From NCBI GenBank assembly GCA_028534125.1, contig CM052817.1:31622001-31686000 (forward strand): 64,000 nt of DNA, in the 5' to 3' direction. The position numbers and the translations under genes are program-made. The notes under the pieces were generated by a model, which was not told the origin of the DNA, ran no database searches, and saw only the letters and a list, made by a program, of their open reading frames with translations. Shown piece by piece: positions 54,731 to 64,000 of this stretch. This stretch comes from Lama glama (taxonomy: Eukaryota). Positions within the stretch are counted from its first letter, which is position 1; each line of letters begins with the position of its first letter.

Positions 54731-55523
54731 ATTCATGACAGCATTTGGATTTTCTTAATTCTTCACTAGAATGTGATCTAATGAAAACATTTCCTTAGAA
54801 ACAAGTTAAACTCTTTTTGATATGTATATCCTCTGACCTGTCTTCTATCTCCTTTTGGTTTAGAGTGATAAAACGCATTTTTTTATCCAGTCATGTTCTT
54901 TATCCCATCTTTGTCCTTCACTACTAACCTTCAGGAACTACTTGGTTTTCCATTACCAATTTGGCAAAGGAATTTTGTAAACATGACATAATGTAGGAGA
55001 AGTAAGCTTAGTGTCCTTCTTTTGGTTTGTTTCTAAATCTCTAAGGAATCCTGGTTTTCCTCAAATTATAGTTTTCTTGTTTAGGAAAAGTAGATGCTTT
55101 TATTCAAGGGAAAAGATGATGGTGTTTCCTAATGAGTGAATTTGGGAGGAAAAAGCACATCATAAATTCATCTGTTTATAGAGCATTTTCATTGGCTACT
55201 TTTTAAAAAGTTGAAATCCTCTAGCATGTATTATTGAACATTAACTACTTGCCAGGTACTGTGTTGAAAACTTAATTGTTTTGTAAGGATATAGATAAGT
55301 TATAGCTATATGAAAATGTTTGTGTTTGTCATTGTATATGAAGGGGTCTCTATAGCCCTCTTTATTCTTAATCAGGTCAGTTTTTAATTTCAATATTTGG
55401 AAATTTTATAAACAGAAAAGGCAATAACAATGAACTGAATCCAAAGACATAATATCAAGTTAATTGCAGCAGATGTTTATTCAATTTTTTTTTCACCAAA
55501 GTTTGAATCTTTTCTTTTTTTAA

Positions 55524-55730
<207 letters not shown>

Positions 55731-58420
55731 TAATTTTTTGTGGTTATTAAATATGCCTTACAGTGTTGTGGATCAGTAAGGTAATAAGAGTAGAAATGTT
55801 CAAGTTTCAGAGGCTTATTCAACATATACGTGGTTTGTTCATTAACTTATTTTCAGAGTCCGTTTTATGTAGAGTAGTTTGCTGTGTGAGAAGCAAAGAA
55901 AAGCAGGCTGTGCTCTGCTTCTGTGACTGGTAATCACACCTTGCATGTTATTCTACACTGTAACTCACTAGTGTAGTTATTACTCTATTGCTCTGTGTTC
56001 TCTTAGTGTAGACCAGGATTTCTCAGCTGTTCTTTCATTATTACCCCTCTAAGGAGCCTATTTGGACACATTTTGTTTTCTTTTTACCCACCCCCACTCC
56101 CATTAAATGTTAATACTGCAGGTATACAATATATCTCTCTGAGTACTACAAAGGCCACAAACTACTATGATACCTAAGATTTTTCTACACCCTCAAAACT
56201 AATTTTTTATCCTTAGAGGCAAATATCATCTTTTTTAGAATGTATGGTGTAGTCTATAAAAAAGACCTTTATGAAAAAATCAGAATTGTGATATTAAATT
56301 ACATGAAGTGTGTGATGTTGCTTTGCAGAGAGATCCCTGCAACTTTTTAGGTCACAGATGCCTTTGAGAATCTGATAAAAAAGGTTGTCCCTTGTCATTC
56401 GTAAAATATGCATATGTATAAAATTTTTCATAATATTTCAAGAACTCATCAATGCCTTGGCTCTCATCTGAATGTAAGATGATGGTGATAGTATTATTCT
56501 TGCCTGTGCATTTTATTGTAAGATGCCATTGGCTTAACTGTGAAGGAAACAGACTCTCTAAAGTAATCCCTTTAACCTTTACAATGAAAAGATCCTTGAA
56601 GCACAGATTTCAGAGTTTTGACAATTACCTGAAGTAATGGAGTCATGCTATAATTTAGTTGAAAAACTTCCTGTTTAGGCCCTTTCTTTTATGTAAATCT
56701 GTTGTAAGTTTTATCAAGCTGCAACATTTATTAAGAAACTGAAGAATGTTTCTTACTCTGCTAATTTATTTCCCATTTTCACACAGCTTTCCTTAGAAAG
56801 ATATAAGGGGTTGGTGCTTGTTTTATCTGTCTTTAGCCCTAGAAACTAATAACATATTACCCTTTCCTTCTATGACTTAATATATATATATCTCCTCTCT
56901 AGGAGTATGGTATTATCAGCTAGGGAGGGGCTAGTTATTGTCACGGATGTGAAAATAAAGAATGCTGCATAACTATAACTCAGAGTAATAAACTCACTCA
57001 TTCCTTCTTTGAACCGTGACTTTTTAGACTACAGTATTTTGTTGGAAATTCAAACAGCTGTAGCTTTCATATTGTATGTTGGTAACAAATAGAAATTTTA
57101 GCTTTCCTTTAATAATCCTTTCTAAGCCATCCACGTGCACAAATATTTTTCTTGGTGAATTAAAAAAAAAAGATGCTAAAAATGTTGTGTGATACCTCCT
57201 TAAACACTAGCTTTTTTTTTTTAAGAATGATTTTCCTTTTTACAATATTTACCCAGTTTTTTGGTAGCAAAAATGTAGAGTAACAGATTTGGGTTGTTGC
57301 CTGTTTAAGCTCCCTCTTTTTTAAAGATGAGAAACCACTCACAGTAGTTGTGACTTCCTAAGATCCCTTCCTTGTTAGTGGAGAGGCTGCATCAGGATCT
57401 GGATTTTTCTTCTCTTAAACAGTGCTCTTCTCACTGGTTTATTATCTTTTGTTAGATGGCTGAGTGCCATGTTTTCTGTAACATGACACTAAGTAACTTT
57501 GTTGGTTATTGCAGTGGGCCCCAAACCTGACTGAAGATCTAGATGGGCTCCAGGAATCAGTAGGTTTACAGGTACCCTGGTGTGATTCTCATCTACTACT
57601 TTGGGGAACCATACTGATAGCACTTTCTGTGTATAGATATATAACCTTAAAGTTTGAATACTGCTGTAGAACAGATCTTCTAGACTAAACTGCCAGTAAT
57701 TAACAGGACTTCCTCAAAATATTATCTAAATTTTATAATTTTTTTCAGTTGTAACTTTTTCCTTGTTAAATATGTATCAACATTTGTTTTTTAATCTACA
57801 AGTTTTTATACTATTTGAAGGGCTCCTCAGGTTGCTTGGGTGTTTCTGGAGGTATCAAGATAAATAAGGGACTCCTTTGAAAATTCTTACTTGATGGCTT
57901 AGAATTTAAACTTGTTTTATGGAAGTCTCTTAGGTTTTGAAGCAACTGACATTATATTTGTGTTCGAGTATTAAATTTCTAAGAGTGGGATAGAAGTTTT
58001 CTTCATCATCTTCATGAATAAGGTTAATCCAAGGGTTCGGTATTCAGGGAGTTTATTTACTCACTGATGTATTCTTTGCACTAGTTGGACAGTAATTGTT
58101 TTCCTTCAATATTCCTTTAGTGTTGATACCAAATTTGGATTACTGTTTTTTGGAGTAGAAATATTTTTAAGTTTATGGTTCTAGTTTTAATAATAGATTT
58201 CAGATTCAAGAAGAAATGTTGAAATTGGGTGAAGCTTTATAGAATTTCTTTCAAGTTAAAAATAGCCTTTTAGATGTGGTATTTGTATCCTTATATGTGG
58301 GGAGATCTAAGGTGATTAAGTGAAAAGGGAGCTTTCCTTTACACTTTATACCCTATTTGAATTTCTCAGTGGTAATCTTTTGCCTTTACACCTTGTTTGA
58401 ATGTTTACAAATATAACTAA

Positions 58421-58855
<435 letters not shown>

Positions 58856-59167
58856 TGAAAGTAACATAGTTTTTTACCAAGGCTTTGTATTTCGGATAAG
58901 TAGATCAAGAATTTAGTCAGTTACTGTTTTATTAATACTGAGTCAGAACAAAAATAAAGGGAGGAAGTGAATTTAATTTTACTTGATTGCTTTGCTTTGT
59001 TATACTCATGAAGTGATCTGTGTACAGATCTTGATTTAAGTAATTTATGGTTCTTCTTAATATTTCTACCCATTTATAGAATCTGTATTGAGTGGTTTAT
59101 TTTTATAAGATGTGTACTTTCTGTTAACTCTTCTGAAATATGTAGAATGCTTAAATAAAGAATTTGA

Positions 59168-59310
59168 GGGAGAGGGTATAGCTCAGTGGTGCGTGCTATA
59201 GGTCCTGGGTTCAATTCCCAGTACCTCCATTAAATAATAAATAAATAAATAAACCTAACCCCCGCCCCCAGAGGTAAATAAGATAAATTGTACAAAAAAT
59301 AAAATAAATA
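59168..59310 (+). mobile_element. tRNA-derived SINE (Vic-1-like) with an internal deletion
   Basis: gggagagggtatagctcagtgg...ggttcaattcccagtacctcc, (AAAT)n tail. Confidence 0.85.
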
Positions 59311-59364
59311 TTCTTTTAAAAATTTAATTTTTGAATGTTAATATTTAATTCTTTCTCCATTTGA

Positions 59365-59598
<234 letters not shown>

Positions 59599-62449
59599 TA
59601 ATTTTGTGCCAAATAGCTGTATTATTATAGTAAGCATGTAGTGATTATTAATTGCTATAAGGTAATCATAGCTATAATAAAATTGAAAATTTGTCCCTAT
59701 GAAATACACAATTGTATCAATACTTCTATCTGTATAAAACTGTGTTCTGTCTAGAATTTTAAAATAAGCAAATTCTAGCTTTTTATATTAAATATATATA
59801 CCTTGAAAACCTCATATTCTGCAGTACTGCACATTAAAAATGATAGGATTTTGAGGGGGAAAGTCCTGAAACAGTGCACTTAAGACCCAAGCAGCTTTCT
59901 TACTAGAACATTAATAAAAATGATAATGATCTTATAAAAATTCCAGCACAGTTAAAACATGTTAAAATACATACTTAAGCAAATGTAGAATTTCATTAAA
60001 AAGTTGAAGGTAACTTGATGGAAAGGAAGGGTTGAATTAAGGAGACATATGCAACATAAAACAGTGATCAAAGAGAATCATGCAGAAGGAGCTTCTAAGA
60101 CAAAGTGGCCAGACTGAGCCGAAAAGTGATGTGGGAATAGATGGGCACTCGGACCTTACTGTACAAAGTGAGTAAAAAAGAATTGAATGCTCCCCAAAAA
60201 GTATTGCTTATTAACTAGAATAGATAGGAGCATGCAGTCAAACCAATTTTAAACAAATTATCAGGGTTATTTATACAATTTTACAAATGCTTAATATGCA
60301 TGCCTTCTGTCCCACAGTTCACATCAGCTTTGTAGTCTGATTAATTCAGTTCCTTCATAGCATGTTTACTGTCAGTGGTTGAAGTGGTCACTGTGATGTG
60401 TTCCTTTATTTCCTGAAAGCTGTGAAGAAGAAATGATACAAACATGAGGTTACTGACTGTCTATTCATTTATAACTTACTTATTGAGTAACACAACTTTG
60501 AAAGCATTCAATTAAAAAAAAATTCCTTTGCACTCTTCCTTGGCTCTGTTGTCTTTAGCTGACTTGTATCCTTTGTGTTAAGCTGCTGTTACTTGGTGGC
60601 TCAAAAATGAACAATCCAGGAAAAAACATATTTGAACCAAAATGCTTTTTTTGATAATATTGATAAATTTTCCTTATTTACCAATTGCATGTATTATTTA
60701 TATTACAGAACTTGTACTGTACTATACATTCATAATCCTATTTTTTCCTCTGAACAATTCTGTGAAGTAGGTTCAGTTACTAGCACATTTTACAAATTAT
60801 GAAGTGAAGCTTTCAAAGTTTATATAACTTATCTGTGATAATACTGTACAGCTTATAAGTAGCAAGTTAGGATTCAAGCACTTGTTGATCCTGCTTGAAA
60901 GTGGAAATCCACCTAGAGAGATTTGTCACATCAGAGATTTAGTTCTAAGGCATAAAAATTATCGGGAAATATTTGTTTTTTCTAAGATAAACTAAAATTT
61001 TAGGCACTGTGAAAAATTATTACCCAGAGATTCGTGTACCTCATTTCTTTAGATGGATATATGCAAAAACATGTTTTTGCACTAAATTAAATTTTAAATT
61101 TAGTATTCCAGGTCTTGTGAACTGTGTGTTTAAGAACATCATTATGATACTCATATGGTGCTCATAAATGGTATAGAGAATAGGGATTCACAAAACTTTA
61201 AAAGTAAAGTAAAAATACAGTGTGAACTCTTGCGTTATCTCTGTAGTGGTGAGTGATAGGTTTGTGCCTTTAAACTTGCAAATTAAGTTAATTTGATTTG
61301 AGAATATCCTGTTTCTGGGGATTTTCTTCCCTTTGAGAAGAGCAGTCTAAATGTCACTACAAAAGGAAAGAGATCTTGTAAAATATGCACAAATAATCCA
61401 GAACACCATTTATACTTGACTTTCAGAGGTGCTTTAATTCTTAGTTTGAATTGTTAAATTCTGGGGGACTTTCTCAAAGCTTTACATGATATATCTCTAA
61501 ATAGCATCCCAGCTCTTTGATGAAACCAGCCAAATCTATATCCTTTTTATCTTATTCCATTATTGTCAATACCAATTTACTTAGGGTTTTTCCTTCATGT
61601 CTTCATACATGCTCTTTATTTAAACTACTGTAGCATCTTAAAGCTGTATAGGAATGAAAAATAATTCTAACAAAAATAGAAGAAAAAAGAAAAGGTTGAG
61701 AACCTAGGATAAAAATGTTAGAAAAATATATTGACCACATCTTAAACTTTATGATAATTTCTCACCTCTAGTGGTAGAATTACCAATCTGTAATCACCTG
61801 CTGATCCCCTAGAATTTTTTTTTTCTGTAGGTGAATTATTTTTCCCTTTTCCCCAGAAGTTGATAATTAAGGTAAAAATATAAGGAAACATAATGAGATT
61901 CTAATCACTAATTTACTTTTAAGTGGAAAATATATGTAGTGGTATATTTCAATATTTGAATAGTGTATAGGCAGAAGAAAAAATCAATTACCATCCTTTT
62001 TTAAAAATTGCATATACATGTTTATTTTTATACTTGTAGCTTTAGTGAAGCTTACTTATGAAGAAAATGTCACAAACATTTATTTTAGTATAGAATCACA
62101 CTATTCACAAAAATACGTTTGGAAAGTAGTAAATCCAGAATATTAGCAGGTTTATAATTTAATAAACTTTATCTTATAAAAATATCTTAAAACTTTAAAG
62201 TTAATACATTATGAAGCAAAATAAAATGTTAGCTGTTCTTAAAATTTTACATATATCTCTGATACATAATATATATGTGTTCTGTTAATTACTGTATACG
62301 TACTGTTTTCATAGTAGTCTTTATATTTTGATATATAATTATGTACAGATATTACTATGGCAAGTTTTATACATTTACACGTGAATTTGCATTTTTAGTA
62401 TTTTACATAAACCAATTTATGTATTTGCTGCCTTTTGTTTTCTTTTAAG

Positions 62450-62470
62450 TATTTTTCCAGCTCTTAAGTG
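62450..62470 (+). CDS. Candidate 21-nt alternative microexon of SLAIN2
   Basis: Polypyrimidine tract ccttttgttttcttttaag| then TATTTTTCCAGCTCTTAAGTG|GTAAAG; multiple of 3, no stop in phase 1; TGC motifs upstream, TGCATG at 62499-62504. Confidence 0.45.
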
Positions 62471-64000
62471 GTAAAGCTTTGGTTCTTACTTGCTGGTCTG
62501 CATGAACCTAACTTTGCAAGGTTGCTGTTATTTCCACCTAAGCGACCACTTCTTTTGCCTTGTTACTATGCCAGTCACTATTTTTATATGCTTACTTGCT
62601 ACGGCTGCATTATTGTGGATGCTGACATTCAAATATGAATATTATATGAGTTCTAATGTATTTTCATTTTGATAGTTATTACCAGTTTTTGACTTTTATA
62701 CTTGGAAAATGTGAATAACTTAAAAAGTTTAAGAAAACCAGAGCATTGCAGAGGTTATGGATACATATCATTTTCTCAGTTTCTCCAGTTAAAAGAAGGA
62801 ATGTTTGCCAGGGACAGAGATTTTCAAAAGACTAGTACCTTGCTTTCTAAGACAACTAGAGCACAGGTTTAGTAGAAAGTTTAATTTTCAGGAAAATGTA
62901 GGAATTAGTGGTTCCGAAAAAAGGAAAGAGAAGGGAGAAAAACCCAAGATAGTATGCTGATTTAAAAACAGTAATAATCCTCAAACTTTCATTAGTATTT
63001 TTAAATGTTTACTTTCACAAGTATTATCTCATTTGAACCTCATAACATCCCATTTTTAATTTTTAAAGAGCAGAGACCCATATAGATTATAGGTACAATG
63101 TCATGTAACCAGAAAAGTGGCAAAAACCAAGCCAAATTACTCCCTCATCTCAACTCCTCCCTGAGTCTCCTGATTTCCTTCCAATCTCTGTTTGTATTAC
63201 ATCATGCTGATCTAACTGCAAATGAGTCAACATCTTGGAAAATATTCTTGGATGACTCTGTTGGAGCATGATTTGAGACTGAACTATAAATACTTTGTGA
63301 ATTACCACAAAAGAGTAAAATAGGTCAGTGTAACATTTATCCATTTGCTAACATTTAACTAAATGGAAGTATATTTTTGCACAGTGTACAGAGTATACTC
63401 AGAGAAGAGATGTATAGAATCAGTGTTCTACTCTGGACCTCTCACTGAAGAGGGAGTATCCAGGATGGTTGTCAGTTTATGCGTAGCTAGACTGCACTTG
63501 GGCCCATGGGGAAGGAATTCTCATCCAGATTTCACTAGGAACCAAAACACCAGAAGGTTACACTCGAATTTCACATAATTCTGAAACGTGAATTGAAATA
63601 AGTCATGCTAAATCTGTGTAATATAGGCTAATATAAGAAGGAATGAAATACTTGTAGAACTTCTGTTTAAGGATAAGTAGTACAGTGATGTTGAGTCAAT
63701 TATCACGAAGAGATTTTATAAATGTAGTTTTTCTGACTTTCTGGAAATTTTGATTGAATGTATGTGGGATGTGGACCCAGCATGTCTACTTTTAGAAGTG
63801 TGTCAGCTGACTCTGGGGCATGTTTAAGTTTGAGAACCACTGAATTAGACCTCACCTGTGGAGGATCTCGAATATTTAGTTTAAATCTCTGGACTTTATC
63901 CAGTAGTCAGTCACTTACATGTTTCTTAATTATTCAACAGATATTTATTGAGTGTATGTTATGTTCCAAGCACTGGGAATATAAATGTGAGTGAGACAGT

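Overview
Mammalian genomic DNA, very probably camelid: nine copies of a tRNA-Ala-like SINE resembling camelid Vic-1 are present. The right ~41 kb holds the CpG-island promoter and first six coding exons of SLAIN2 (+ strand; all GT-AG, phases consistent, 1363 coding nt; the gene continues past the window). The left ~22 kb is repeat-rich (solo LTRs, L1, L2, MIR). It also contains a heavily decayed minus-strand sequence (~16600-18270, plus ~19293-19705) whose broken translation reproduces about a dozen DLGAP/SAPAP-family motifs in the correct order. This is apparently a dead DLGAP2/3-like gene lying head-to-head with SLAIN2, with weaker candidate 3' exons near 12.0-13.1 kb. Other points of interest are a frame-preserving 21-nt candidate neural microexon in SLAIN2 intron 6, a sense L1 3' end 38 nt after exon 3, a uORF cluster, and a perfect 159-bp tandem duplication. 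All family assignments come from by-eye comparison with recalled sequences; no searches were run.
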